Origin: Polyangiales bacterium | GTDB taxonomy: Bacteria; Myxococcota_A; Polyangia; Polyangiales; Polyangiaceae | Reading direction: 5' to 3' | DNA: 64,000 bases | Assembly: GCA_038231275.1 (NCBI GenBank) | Contig: JBBRLQ010000034.1 | Coordinates: forward strand, 11,924-75,923 | Shown here: positions 1-8,989 of the stretch, one piece after another | Numbering within the stretch: the first letter of the stretch is position 1 | Layout: each line of letters opens with the position of its first letter | Notes under the pieces: generated by a model | What the model was told of the DNA's origin: nothing | Databases searched by the model: none | The model's input: only the letters and a program-made list of their open reading frames with translations | Position numbers and translations under genes: made by a program

Positions 1-276
1 GATCTGCCGCGCCCCCAACGGCATCGACGCGAGCAGCGGGGCTGCGAGCGACCAATCGTGCAACGCGAGACGCGCGGCGACGTACGCCGCGACCGCCGCC
101 AGCGGGAGGAGCGACAAGAAGAGCCAAAACGCCAGCTCGGCGGCGAGCCCGAGCGCGCGCACGCGAGTGAGCTGCTCCCAGAGCCTCACCGCGGCCCGCC
201 AGGGGCTCATTTTGCTCGGCGACGGCGCGTGGAGGTCGAGAGCCGGAGCCTGTGGACGCGTGCGACTTTCTCCCAT
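1..276 (-). CDS. YihY/BrkB-family membrane protein, N-terminal part (runs off the window)
   Basis: Manual translation from ATG at 276: MGESRTRP...VRALGLAAELAFWLFLSLLPLAAV..., which matches the YihY 'AA.LAF..FLSL.P' motif. Frame is open to base 1. Confidence 0.75.
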   Translation of the reverse strand, partial: MGESRTRPQAPALDLHAPSPSKMSPWRAAVRLWEQLTRVRALGLAAELAFWLFLSLLPLAAVAAYVAARLALHDWSLAAPLLASMPLGARQI

Positions 277-298
277 GGCAAGACCTTCACCGTGGGTG

Positions 299-314
299 TG
301 CCAGACCCGTGCCG
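299..314 (-). promoter_or_regulatory. Candidate sigma-54 promoter for the YihY gene
   Basis: Minus strand reads CGGCACGGGTCTGGCA, with GG and GC at -24/-12 spacing. Confidence 0.4.
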
Positions 315-354
315 CCGCCCGGCGGAGCCCCGCGTCCGCTACCCGTAAGCAGGG

Positions 355-370
355 CGGCACGGGAGGTGCT
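355..370 (+). promoter_or_regulatory. Candidate sigma-54 promoter
   Basis: CGGCACGGGAGGTGCT (GG 356-357, GC 368-369), just upstream of ATG 383. Confidence 0.6.
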
Positions 371-382
371 TTGAGAGCACGC

Positions 383-610
383 ATGAGCACATCCACCGTC
401 TCGCTCGATGAGCACGAGCCCAACATTCCCCTCTTCTCGCGCGTGGCGACGGCGGTGCGTCGCGCGCAGGAATACGTCGTCGCGAACCCAAATACAGCTG
501 TCGCCGCGGCGTTCGCGATCGGTATCGCGGTAGGCGGCGGACTGTCCACGCGCACAGGTCGCCTCTTGTTTTGGGCGGCGGCGCGTCAGGGGTTGCGGAT
601 GCTCGCGTGA
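383..610 (+). CDS. Small membrane-anchored protein, ElaB/YqjD (DUF883)-like
   Basis: 75 aa; 'EYVVANPNTAVAAAFAIGIAVGG' resembles the DUF883 C-terminal motif. Lies among stress-type genes. Confidence 0.55.
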   Translation: MSTSTVSLDEHEPNIPLFSRVATAVRRAQEYVVANPNTAVAAAFAIGIAVGGGLSTRTGRLLFWAAARQGLRMLA

Positions 611-829
611 GTCGTCCCGCGGCTAGCGCAGCTCGGCATTGAATCGCAAGACCTCGGCCACGCTCCACGGCCCGCGACACATCCGCGCGTCGCATGGGGC
701 GGTTCTGCGACGAAGACCCAATGGATGAGCCACCTCGCCGTCGGCGCTTGCGATGCCATCGGCGAGGAGCCGAAGCGCGTTGTAGCGCGTCGAGGACGGT
801 GCAGTAAGCGGCGAGCACGGGATCGAAAA

Positions 830-845
830 GGGCACGTCGATTGCT
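830..845 (+). promoter_or_regulatory. Sigma-54 promoter
   Basis: GGGCACGTCGATTGCT is near-consensus (TGGCACG-N4-TTGCW) and ends 12 nt before ATG 858. Confidence 0.75.
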
Positions 846-857
846 TCGTCTGCGCGC

Positions 858-1376
858 ATGAAAGCCACCGACCTCCTCAAGAAGCAGCACCGAACCGTCG
901 AAGCCATTTTCAAGAAGCTCCTCTCGGGGCGCGCCGCCGCCGCGCCGCTCCTCGATGAGCTCGCGAACGATCTCGCCGCGCACATGGCGATCGAGCAAAA
1001 TACGCTCTACCCCGCCGCGCGGAAGGTCGACCCATCTCTCGTCCTCGAGAGCTACGAAGAGCACGCGCTCGCCGAGATCGCGCTGAAGCGCCTGCTCGCG
1101 ACGTCCCCGTCGGACGAGACGTTCAAGGCGAAGGTCACCGCGTTGAAGGAGCTCATCGAGCACCACGTGGAGGAGGAAGAGGACGACCTCTTTCCGAAGC
1201 TCGAGAAGAAGTTGGGCGCCGAGCGACTGAAGGCGATGGGCGAGGAGATGAAGGAGGACTTCGACGCGATGAAAGCGCGCGGCGCGGCCTCGGAGCTCCC
1301 CAAGGGCAACAAGACGACCGCGGACGCCGCGAAGCGCCAGCCCAAGAGCGCCAACGGAATGAGCGCAAGCCGCTGA
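858..1376 (+). CDS. Hemerythrin/HHE cation-binding domain protein
   Basis: Motifs LLKKQH, AHMAIEQ..LYP, EEH and HHVEEEE..LFP. Confidence 0.9.
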   Translation: MKATDLLKKQHRTVEAIFKKLLSGRAAAAPLLDELANDLAAHMAIEQNTLYPAARKVDPSLVLESYEEHALAEIALKRLLATSPSDETFKAKVTALKELIEHHVEEEEDDLFPKLEKKLGAERLKAMGEEMKEDFDAMKARGAASELPKGNKTTADAAKRQPKSANGMSASR

Positions 1377-1454
1377 AGCTCGGCGGACGGGGACCCGTGT
1401 GGCGTGGCGTTCTTGCCCGCGGGTCCCTACGCTGTCTCTGGAAACCAGTGGGCG

Positions 1455-2549
1455 TTACGCCGCCGCCCGCGCCGTTTTCCCGCGGGCGAGGAGCGCGACG
1501 ACCGCGCGTTCCTGCGGAGAGAGCGCGTGAAGATCGCGCGTGGCGGCTCGCGGCCGGTTCATGGCGCGCGCGAGCGACCCGTCGGTGAACGCCGCCAGCA
1601 CGACCGGGTGCACGTAGCACCTTCGGCAGACCGCAGGAGTGTTGCCGAGGGAGGCCGCAACCGTCTTGATGGCGTCCGTCAAGCTCCGCTTGGTCGCCGC
1701 CGCCGACGTCGGGCTCGGCATCGCGGCGAGCGTTTCTGCGGCGAGGACCGTTCCCGTCCACGTGCGGAAGTCTTTCGCGGTGATGGGCACTGCCGACACA
1801 CTTCGCAGGAACGCGTTCACGTCCGACGAGCCGATGCGATGCCGGCGTCCGTCGTCACCGATGTACTGGAAGAGCTCCTCCCCAGGGAGCTCTTTGCATC
1901 GCCTCACGAGGCGCGCGAGATGAGCGTCGTCGAGCTCGACGAATCTCTTTACGCCGCTCTTGCCGCGGAAGCGGAACTCGATCTTCGCGCCGCGCACGCG
2001 CACGTGGCTGTCCTTGAGCGTCGTGAGGCCGAACGAGCCATTTCGTCGCGTGTATTCGCTGTTCCCGACGCGAATGTGCGTCAGCTCGAGGAGGCGCACC
2101 ACGGTGGCGAGCACGCGCCGCCGCGTGACGCGAGGCTCGTCGAGCCAGTCGGCGACGGTGGCGCGAAGCTTCGGGAGCGCGTTCGCGAGCACGACGAGCT
2201 TGTCGTATTTGGCGGCGTCACGGACGTCGCGCCACTGCGTGTGGTAGCGGTACTGCTTGCGGCCGCGCGCGTCGCGTCCCGTGGCTTGGATGTGTCCGCG
2301 CGCGTGGGGGCAGATCCAGACGTCGGTCCATGCCGGAGGGATGACGAGGCTCCGAATGCGCGACACGGCATCCGGCGGGCACGCCCGCCCCGCGGCGTCG
2401 ACGTACCGAAGCGCGCGCCCCGTGCGGACGCGGCGCAGTCCCGCCCCCCGATCGTCGACGTAGCGAAGACCGGCGGCGCGCGCCGCACGCGCTGCTTCGA
2501 GGGGGATCGTCTCAGACGCTTCGCATGCCGCCGCGCTCGCGCTCCGCAT
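1455..2549 (-). CDS. Bacterial (poxvirus-like) DNA topoisomerase IB
   Basis: IPPAWTDVWIC, GRDARGRKQYRYH, IRVGNSEY, FRGKSG, KDFRTW and LGNTPAVCRRCYVHP (catalytic Tyr). Confidence 0.95.
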   Translation of the reverse strand: MRSASAAACEASETIPLEAARAARAAGLRYVDDRGAGLRRVRTGRALRYVDAAGRACPPDAVSRIRSLVIPPAWTDVWICPHARGHIQATGRDARGRKQYRYHTQWRDVRDAAKYDKLVVLANALPKLRATVADWLDEPRVTRRRVLATVVRLLELTHIRVGNSEYTRRNGSFGLTTLKDSHVRVRGAKIEFRFRGKSGVKRFVELDDAHLARLVRRCKELPGEELFQYIGDDGRRHRIGSSDVNAFLRSVSAVPITAKDFRTWTGTVLAAETLAAMPSPTSAAATKRSLTDAIKTVAASLGNTPAVCRRCYVHPVVLAAFTDGSLARAMNRPRAATRDLHALSPQERAVVALLARGKTARAAA

Positions 2550-2552
2550 GTG

Positions 2553-2915
2553 TCACGAGCCTCCGCGCTCTGAGCTCGTAGGTCCGACGCTGCTCGTGGT
2601 GTCGGTCGGTAAACCTTGGGCACCGCCGCCGGGTCTCACGCTCCCGGTCTTGTGCGTAGGTGGACGCGTGCCCCCGTCCGGCGCGAGGCCGCCCGACGTG
2701 TCGTTGCCCTTTGCGCCGCTGCTTCCCCCGTTGCGGTACGTGCTGGGGGTGTCGACGGGCGTGAGGGGGAAGTCACCAGGCCCCGACGTGTGGGACGCGG
2801 CGTCGGCCGTCGAGTACTCGCTGCCGGTGGTCGTCGTCATCGACGAGGCGTCCTTCGGGGTGTCGCACGCGCAAGAGAGCGCGAGCGCGATGAAGAGAGG
2901 CTGGATGGCGTTCAT
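2553..2915 (-). CDS. Low-complexity lipoprotein, hypothetical
   Basis: MNAIQPLFIALALSCAC signal peptide/lipobox followed by a Thr/Gly/Pro-rich body; directly upstream of topoisomerase IB. Confidence 0.55.
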   Translation of the reverse strand: MNAIQPLFIALALSCACDTPKDASSMTTTTGSEYSTADAASHTSGPGDFPLTPVDTPSTYRNGGSSGAKGNDTSGGLAPDGGTRPPTHKTGSVRPGGGAQGLPTDTTSSVGPTSSERGGS

Positions 2916-2946
2916 CGGCGTGGCTCCTTTCTTGGACACGGTGCCG

Positions 2947-2962
2947 TGCAGCGCGCGTGCCG
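2947..2962 (-). promoter_or_regulatory. Candidate sigma-54 promoter for the lipoprotein-topoIB unit
   Basis: Minus strand reads CGGCACGCGCGCTGCA. Confidence 0.55.
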
Positions 2963-3120
2963 ACCCGCTCCGCGCGAAGTCGTCGTGGCGCGTTTGTGAA
3001 GCGTGGCAAAATGGATCGGGTCGAGGCTCGGCGCACAGCGCGCCATTCTCGCCTCGCCCAAAGCGCGGGCGTCGGAACCCGTTCGACATTTCTCCGGTCA
3101 CGACGGTGACCACAGCCGTA

Positions 3121-3136
3121 CGGCACGCCGGCTGCA
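3121..3136 (+). promoter_or_regulatory. Candidate sigma-54 promoter
   Basis: CGGCACGCCGGCTGCA upstream of ATG 3153. Confidence 0.55.
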
Positions 3137-3152
3137 GCTCCTTTCCTTCACG

Positions 3153-3617
3153 ATGAAGACGAGAGTTCTGCTGAGTCTTCAGGTCTGGAAGATCGACGAA
3201 ATCCTTGCGTCCATTCAGAACGAACCCGATGCCGCGCAGAGGGTCGTCTTGATCGTGCAGCTGGTCGAGGAGCTCACCGCACACCTCGCCGTGAAGAAGA
3301 ACGTCGTCTACCCGAAGGTGTGCGACGCGCAGGCGAGCGCGCTCGTCGGGAGCTGGCTCGGGAACGCCGCCGTCCGCCGAGACCTCGTCCTCCTCGTACG
3401 CGCGAGCTACCACGACGAGGCGTGTGCGCACCGCACGAGGGAGCTTCGCGTGCGCCTCGCGGCACATGCGCGCCACGACGAGGAGCTCCTGGAGAGCCTT
3501 GAACAGACGCTTACCCCGCCCGCGTCGCAGCTCCTGGTCGAGGAGGCCGAGCGCTTCCACACCGCCTGCATGCGGGCGCGCCGCGACTCGACCATTCCCC
3601 GCGCCGCCGCCAGCTGA
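3153..3617 (+). CDS. Degenerate hemerythrin-like protein
   Basis: 'ELTAHLAVKKNVVYP' and 'AAHARHDEE' align by eye with the HHE motifs of 858..1376, but several ligands are lost. Confidence 0.6.
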   Translation: MKTRVLLSLQVWKIDEILASIQNEPDAAQRVVLIVQLVEELTAHLAVKKNVVYPKVCDAQASALVGSWLGNAAVRRDLVLLVRASYHDEACAHRTRELRVRLAAHARHDEELLESLEQTLTPPASQLLVEEAERFHTACMRARRDSTIPRAAAS

Positions 3618-3731
3618 CGCGCCCCGTTCACCGCGGCACCGCGCGCGCTGAATCGCGCGGCCGGCACGAACGGTGCTTCGACAACCGCGCGCGTAACGCC
3701 TTCTCGGGAAAGAACTAGCGGCGCGCGGCGC

Positions 3732-4328
3732 TCACGGACGCTCCGACTCGAGCGGTAGCCGCCAGTTGAGGTCGAGCACCGTTCGCGCCGCGCCCTCCCA
3801 CGTCTTCTCGACGAGGCGGGCCTGCACATCGGCGGCGCCCGCGAGCTCGAGCAGCCGCTCCATGAACCCCATGGTCTGGTAGGAGGCGGCCTCCTCGGCG
3901 ACGTTTCCCATGAAATAGTGCAGGATCACGCGCGCGTGGTCCTCCGCAAGGGTCGGGATCTCGAGGGCTTCGAAATCGAAGTACGTGCTCCGGAGCACGC
4001 GGAACCGCATCAGCGTCTCGACGGGATTGCCCGGCGCGACGAGCTGCGGGTTCTCTGCGCGCAGAGGCTCGACGGAGAAGCGGCCCCACATCCGGACCGC
4101 ATTCAGATCCGCGTTCGCGACAACCCGCAAGATGGCGTTGCCGAGCCTCTCGAAGGTGGCCATCGGGTACCACTCCTCGGGCTCGATGTGCTCGGAGATG
4201 AGTGACAGATCCTCTGGCGTAAGATCGGCAGACCACTGCGCGCCTTTGACCGCGCGGATCATGCGGACATAGTCCGCGAACAGCACACCTCGGACGTTGC
4301 GACCCAAACCGCCTCCAGCCGCGCTCAC
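3732..4328 (-). CDS. DUF2378/TIGR02265-like myxobacterial protein
   Basis: VRGVLF...EEWYPMATF...GFMERLLELAGA...LNW pattern. Confidence 0.6.
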   Translation of the reverse strand: MSAAGGGLGRNVRGVLFADYVRMIRAVKGAQWSADLTPEDLSLISEHIEPEEWYPMATFERLGNAILRVVANADLNAVRMWGRFSVEPLRAENPQLVAPGNPVETLMRFRVLRSTYFDFEALEIPTLAEDHARVILHYFMGNVAEEAASYQTMGFMERLLELAGAADVQARLVEKTWEGAARTVLDLNWRLPLESERP

Positions 4329-4514
4329 GCGCGCAGTCTTTCAGCACGAAACCATATCCAGAAGCCCGCTGCTTGCAATGGCCAGAGGGCGCGTTGAGAT
4401 CGGCCGCGCCGAGGCGAATCCCCCTCGCGGTCCGGCGCAACTGCGATATCAAGGAGGAGTGGAGGGCGCTGGGCTCCCGTGCGCTGAGCGCGCGAGGGAT
4501 GCCCGCTCGCAAGT

Positions 4515-5690
4515 GTGCCGACGACGAGCCCGAGGTTGAGGATTGCCCTGGTCGACGACGACTGCGACTCGCGCGAGGTGCTCGCCGTGATGCTTTGCAA
4601 CGTCGGGTACGAGGTCGTCGAGTTTGCCGACGGAGCCGACGCGCTCGATGGGCTGCGTCGCGGGCCGGCCCCACACCTCATCGTCCTCGATTTGCGAATG
4701 CCGACCATGGATGGCTGGCAATTTCGGGTCTCCCAAAAGCGTGAGCCGCAACTGGCCAACACGCCGGTGATCGCGCTGTCCGCGGACCGGAGCTCGCAGG
4801 CGCGCGCGATCGACGCCGACGCATTCCTCGAAAAGCCGACTCACTACGACAAGGTCATCGAGACGGTCGCCGCCGTTCTCGAGCGCAGCGCCGCGCGCCA
4901 GCGGCGTGAGAACCAGCTCGCGCTCGAGGGGATGGCGGTCGTGGCGCAGTTCTCGGCGGGGGTCGCGCACGAGATCAACAATCCGCTGTCTGCGGTGGGC
5001 ACCAACCTCCACCTGATGGGGGAGGACCTCGCGCGGCTCATGGAGATCGCCGCGAAGCCCGCGGGGGAAGACCTGTCGGCCAGCGCCGCGCGGCTCCGCG
5101 AGGGCCTCGGCGAGCTCGCCGCGATGGTCGGAGAGTCGCTCGAGGCGGTCCACCGCATTCGCGCGATCGTGAAAGACCTGCAGCTGCTCGCCCGCGCCGA
5201 CGAACAAGGAGCGCACGCCCTCGCGATCGAGCCGGCCATCGACGCCGCCATCAACGTCGCGCATCACCTGGCGTTGGGTCATCCCACCGTCGTGAGGAAG
5301 TACGAGGCAGGCTCGTCGGTGATGAGCAGCGAGAAGCAGCTGATGCACCTCTTCATCAACTTCCTCGCCAACGCCTTCCAAGCGATGGTGCCGGGCCGCG
5401 CCGGCGTCGTCACCGTCGAAACGGGCGTGCGCGAGGACAAGGTCATCGTGAAAATCTCGGACAACGGCGTTGGAATTGCGCCCGAGGCGCGCGCCCGCAT
5501 CTTCGAGCCGTTCTTCACCACGCGCCCGGTCGGTCAGGGAAAGGGTCTCGGTCTGTCGGTGTGCCACGGCCTCGTCGCGTCGCTCGGCGGTTCGATTGAC
5601 GTGATCAGCGAGGTCGGCGCCGGCTCGACGTTCGTGATCTCGTTGCCTGCAGCCGAGGCGACGCGTGGCGGCGTCGAGGGGCTGACGTGA
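4515..5690 (+). CDS. Hybrid response regulator / histidine kinase (REC-HisKA-HATPase)
   Basis: LVDDD, LDLRMP and FLEKP; H-box AHEINNPL; N box, DNGVG, FEPFFTT and GLGL. Confidence 0.92.
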   Translation: MPTTSPRLRIALVDDDCDSREVLAVMLCNVGYEVVEFADGADALDGLRRGPAPHLIVLDLRMPTMDGWQFRVSQKREPQLANTPVIALSADRSSQARAIDADAFLEKPTHYDKVIETVAAVLERSAARQRRENQLALEGMAVVAQFSAGVAHEINNPLSAVGTNLHLMGEDLARLMEIAAKPAGEDLSASAARLREGLGELAAMVGESLEAVHRIRAIVKDLQLLARADEQGAHALAIEPAIDAAINVAHHLALGHPTVVRKYEAGSSVMSSEKQLMHLFINFLANAFQAMVPGRAGVVTVETGVREDKVIVKISDNGVGIAPEARARIFEPFFTTRPVGQGKGLGLSVCHGLVASLGGSIDVISEVGAGSTFVISLPAAEATRGGVEGLT

Positions 5691-7843
5691 CCGAACGACG
5701 TCGCGTCGAAGAGTCCCTCCGGGAGAGCGAAGAGCGCTTCCGCCTGCTCGTCGAGAGCGTGCGGGACTACGCGATCTTCATGCTCGATCCGACGGGACGC
5801 ATCGCGACGTGGAACATCGGCGCAGAGCGAATCAAGGGGTACCGCGCGGACGAGATCATCGGCGAGCATCTCTCACGCTTCTACCCGACCGTCGACATCG
5901 AAGCCGGGAAGTGCGAGATGGAGCTCGAGGTCGCCGCGCGCGAAGGACGATTCGAGGACGAGGGATGGCGGCTCCGAAAAGACGGGAGTCACTTCTGGGC
6001 GAACGTGATCCTCACCGCGCTGCGCGACGCGGACGGCAGGCTCGTCGGTTACGCGAAGGTCACCCGAGACCTCACGGAGCGAAAGCGGGCGGAAGAGGAG
6101 CGGCTTCGCCTGGGCATCCTCGCGCGCGAGCGCATCGCCACGCTCACGCACCTCTCCGAAGCGCTCGCCGGCGCGCTCTCGACGGACGAGGTCAGCGCGG
6201 TGGTCGTGGAGGCCGGGACGACCCTCGCGCGCGCGGATGCTTGCCTGCTGTACATGCTCGACCCGCGGTCGCTCGTCCTCGAGCTGTTGGCGGAGCGCGG
6301 GTGCAATCCAAACCTGGTCGACCGCATCCGGCACATCACGCCAGAGTCGGATAATCCCGTCTATTCCATCGGCGTGGGGCGCGTCGACTCCGTCTGGATC
6401 GAGAGCGCCGCGGAGTACGATGCTTTCTTTCCGGCGATGGCGCGGGTCGAGGCCGACGGACCGCGGACGAACGCGTTCTGGTGCGCGTCGCTCAGGGCCG
6501 AGGGGCGCACGATCGGGATGCTCGCGGTCGCCTTCCACGCGCCTCGCGCCTTCGCGTCGGAGGAGCGCGAGTTCGTCGGCACGTTCGCGCGGCAGTGCGC
6601 GCAGGCGCTCGCCCGCGCAGGGCGCCTCGCTGCCGAGCGCGCGGCGGCGAGCATGGCGGAAGAGGCGCGCCGCAGCGCCGACCGCGCGAACCACGCGAAG
6701 GACGAGTTCCTTGCGGTCGTGAGCCACGAGCTGCGGACCCCGCTGAACGCGATCATGGGCTGGGCCAAGATCATGATGTCGCGCGACTTCGACGATCGCC
6801 GTCGTCGCGTCGCCGTCGAGACGATCGAGCGCAACGCCGGGGCCATGGCGCAGCTCATCGAGGATCTCCTCGACATGTCGCGCGTCATCAGCGGAAAGAT
6901 GCGCCTCGAGCTCCAGGTCGTCGACGTCGCGTCGGTCGTGGAGGCGGCGGTCCACTCCATCAAGCCGGCCGCCGATGCGAAGGAGGTCACCGTCGCGTGT
7001 GCGCTCGAAGTGTCGCCGAGGGTCACTGCGGATCCGACCCGCCTCCAGCAGATTGTCTGGAACCTCGTGAGCAACGCGATCAAGTTCACGCCGCGCGCCG
7101 GACGTGTCCACGTGCGCCTCCGCCGCGACAGCGACGAGATCGCGCTCACCGTCGAAGACACGGGAAAGGGAATTTCGCCCGCGTTCTTGCCCAGCGTCTT
7201 CGACGCCTTTCGCCAAGAGGACGCGAGCCCCTCGCGGGCGCGCGGCGGCCTCGGGCTCGGGTTGGCGATCACGCGGCAGCTCGTCGAGCTCCACGGCGGG
7301 CGAATTGAGGCCTTCAGCGAAGGGGAGGGGCAAGGATCCAAGTTCGTCGTCACGTTGCCGCTACCGAGCGGCGCGCAGGCAGCGGAGGCGGCGCCGACCG
7401 CTTTGGCGAAGGATCTGCGCGAGAACCCGTTCGAGCGCCCCGCGCAGCTGCGCGGGCTCCGCGTCATCGTCGTCGAGGACGACGACGATGGGCGCGAGCT
7501 CGTCGCGATGGTCCTCGAGGATTGCGGGTGCCGGGTGACCACCGCCCGGAGCGTCGCAGAGGCGATGACCGCGATCGGCAAAGAGGTTCCCGACGTCCTC
7601 CTCTCCGACATCGCCATGCCTGGCGAGGACGGCTACGATCTCATTCGCCGCGTCCGCGCCTTACCGGCCGACGCCGGTGGATCGATCCCCGCCGGCGCGC
7701 TCACGGCCTTCGCGCGCCCCGAAGACCGGCGAAAGATCCTGAACGCTGGATACTCGATTCACCTCCCGAAGCCCATCGAGCCGGCGGAGTTGGTCGCCGT
7801 CGTCGCCACGTTGAGCCGCTCCGCGTCGCCACGGCAGATTTGA
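5687..7843 (+). CDS. Hybrid sensor kinase (PAS-GAF-HisKA-HATPase-REC)
   Basis: PAS (DYAIFMLD...WNIGAERIKGY), GAF, SHELRTPL, G boxes and a C-terminal receiver (SDIAMP, PKP). GTGA overlap with the upstream gene. Confidence 0.93.
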   Translation: MTERRRVEESLRESEERFRLLVESVRDYAIFMLDPTGRIATWNIGAERIKGYRADEIIGEHLSRFYPTVDIEAGKCEMELEVAAREGRFEDEGWRLRKDGSHFWANVILTALRDADGRLVGYAKVTRDLTERKRAEEERLRLGILARERIATLTHLSEALAGALSTDEVSAVVVEAGTTLARADACLLYMLDPRSLVLELLAERGCNPNLVDRIRHITPESDNPVYSIGVGRVDSVWIESAAEYDAFFPAMARVEADGPRTNAFWCASLRAEGRTIGMLAVAFHAPRAFASEEREFVGTFARQCAQALARAGRLAAERAAASMAEEARRSADRANHAKDEFLAVVSHELRTPLNAIMGWAKIMMSRDFDDRRRRVAVETIERNAGAMAQLIEDLLDMSRVISGKMRLELQVVDVASVVEAAVHSIKPAADAKEVTVACALEVSPRVTADPTRLQQIVWNLVSNAIKFTPRAGRVHVRLRRDSDEIALTVEDTGKGISPAFLPSVFDAFRQEDASPSRARGGLGLGLAITRQLVELHGGRIEAFSEGEGQGSKFVVTLPLPSGAQAAEAAPTALAKDLRENPFERPAQLRGLRVIVVEDDDDGRELVAMVLEDCGCRVTTARSVAEAMTAIGKEVPDVLLSDIAMPGEDGYDLIRRVRALPADAGGSIPAGALTAFARPEDRRKILNAGYSIHLPKPIEPAELVAVVATLSRSASPRQI

Positions 7844-7889
7844 GCGGACGCCCGAGGACACGCGCCCGAGGACGCGCTAGATCTCGGTC

Positions 7890-8600
7890 ATGCGTCGACT
7901 CTTCGCGGCCTCGTTAACGGTGCTCACCCTCGTCGCGTGCGGGGGCTCCCACTTCGTCGGCACCCGCGCGGCGGATCCGGTGCTCCTCGCGGACGCGCAG
8001 TCGCCCGCCGAAGTGCGCGCCGCGGTGGTTCGTGCGCTGGCGGCGCGTCGCTTTTCGACCGAGTCGGAGACGGCGGGCCGCGTCGTCGCGCGCCTCGAGA
8101 AGGGAGGCGAGCGCATCCGCGTAGCGGTCGAGTACTCCGATCACCAGTACGCGATCCGGTACCTCGACAGCGCCGGGATGCAGACGCGGACCGAGAACGG
8201 TGAGCTCCTCGTCGGCGGCGACTACAGGTCGTGGACCGACAAGTTGAAGCACGCGATCGGCGAGGAGCTGCGACGACCCGCCAAGGAGCGCGCGGAGACC
8301 GAGCGTCGCGAGCGCGACTACCAGCTCCTCCTGCAAGCGCAGCGCACGACCGAAGCGCTCGCGACCGAGCGGGCCGCCGAAGCCCAGGCCGCCGCCGCGA
8401 ACGGTCCGCCGCCCGCCGATCCCGCTCCCGCGCCGGCGCCTCCGCCCGTCGTCATCCAAGGCGGGACGACCATCCGCGAGAGCCAACAGAGCTTCACCTG
8501 CTGCATCAACGGCGCGCGCTACGCGTGCCCGGGCGAGGAGGCCTTCCGCCATTGCGTGTCGCGTGGCCCCACGAAGTGCACGCCCGCCGGTCGCTGCTGA
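7890..8600 (+). CDS. Lipoprotein, hypothetical
   Basis: LVAC lipobox; alpha/beta domain, coiled region, Pro linker and a C-terminal CCINGxxYxC module. Confidence 0.7.
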   Translation: MRRLFAASLTVLTLVACGGSHFVGTRAADPVLLADAQSPAEVRAAVVRALAARRFSTESETAGRVVARLEKGGERIRVAVEYSDHQYAIRYLDSAGMQTRTENGELLVGGDYRSWTDKLKHAIGEELRRPAKERAETERRERDYQLLLQAQRTTEALATERAAEAQAAAANGPPPADPAPAPAPPPVVIQGGTTIRESQQSFTCCINGARYACPGEEAFRHCVSRGPTKCTPAGRC

Positions 8601-8608
8601 CACCCTTC

Positions 8609-8986
8609 ATGAAACTGCGCATCCGCGGCAACTCCCTTCGGCTGAGGCTCACGCGCGCCGAGGTCGACACGCTCGCCGCGCACGGAAGGGTGGAGGACGC
8701 GGTCGCCTTCGGTCCTGGTGAGACGGCGCGGCTCGTCTACGCCATCGTCGCGCGGCAGGACGCGCGCTCCTCGGCCGACATGCAGGGCCGCGCGATCACC
8801 GTGACGCTCCCCGCCGCGCTCGTGCGCGACTGGGCGGTGTCCGAGCAAGTAGGGATCGCGCACGAGCAACCGATCGGAGAGGGCGGTCCACTGAAGGTCC
8901 TCGTCGAGAAGGACTTCGCGTGTCTCGCGCCGCGTGAAGGCGAAGGCGACGAGAGCGCGTTCCCGAATCCGAACGCGACGAAGTGA
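8609..8986 (+). CDS. Conserved hypothetical protein (MKLRIRGNSLRLRL...EKDFAC...FPNP family)
   Basis: Recognisable conserved N- and C-terminal motifs. Confidence 0.75.
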   Translation: MKLRIRGNSLRLRLTRAEVDTLAAHGRVEDAVAFGPGETARLVYAIVARQDARSSADMQGRAITVTLPAALVRDWAVSEQVGIAHEQPIGEGGPLKVLVEKDFACLAPREGEGDESAFPNPNATK

Positions 8987-8989
8987 CGG

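Noticed and set aside
1455..2549. Topoisomerase IB as a tyrosine recombinase or sign of a mobile element
   Set aside because: Motifs match bacterial TopIB, and no att sites or mobility genes were seen.
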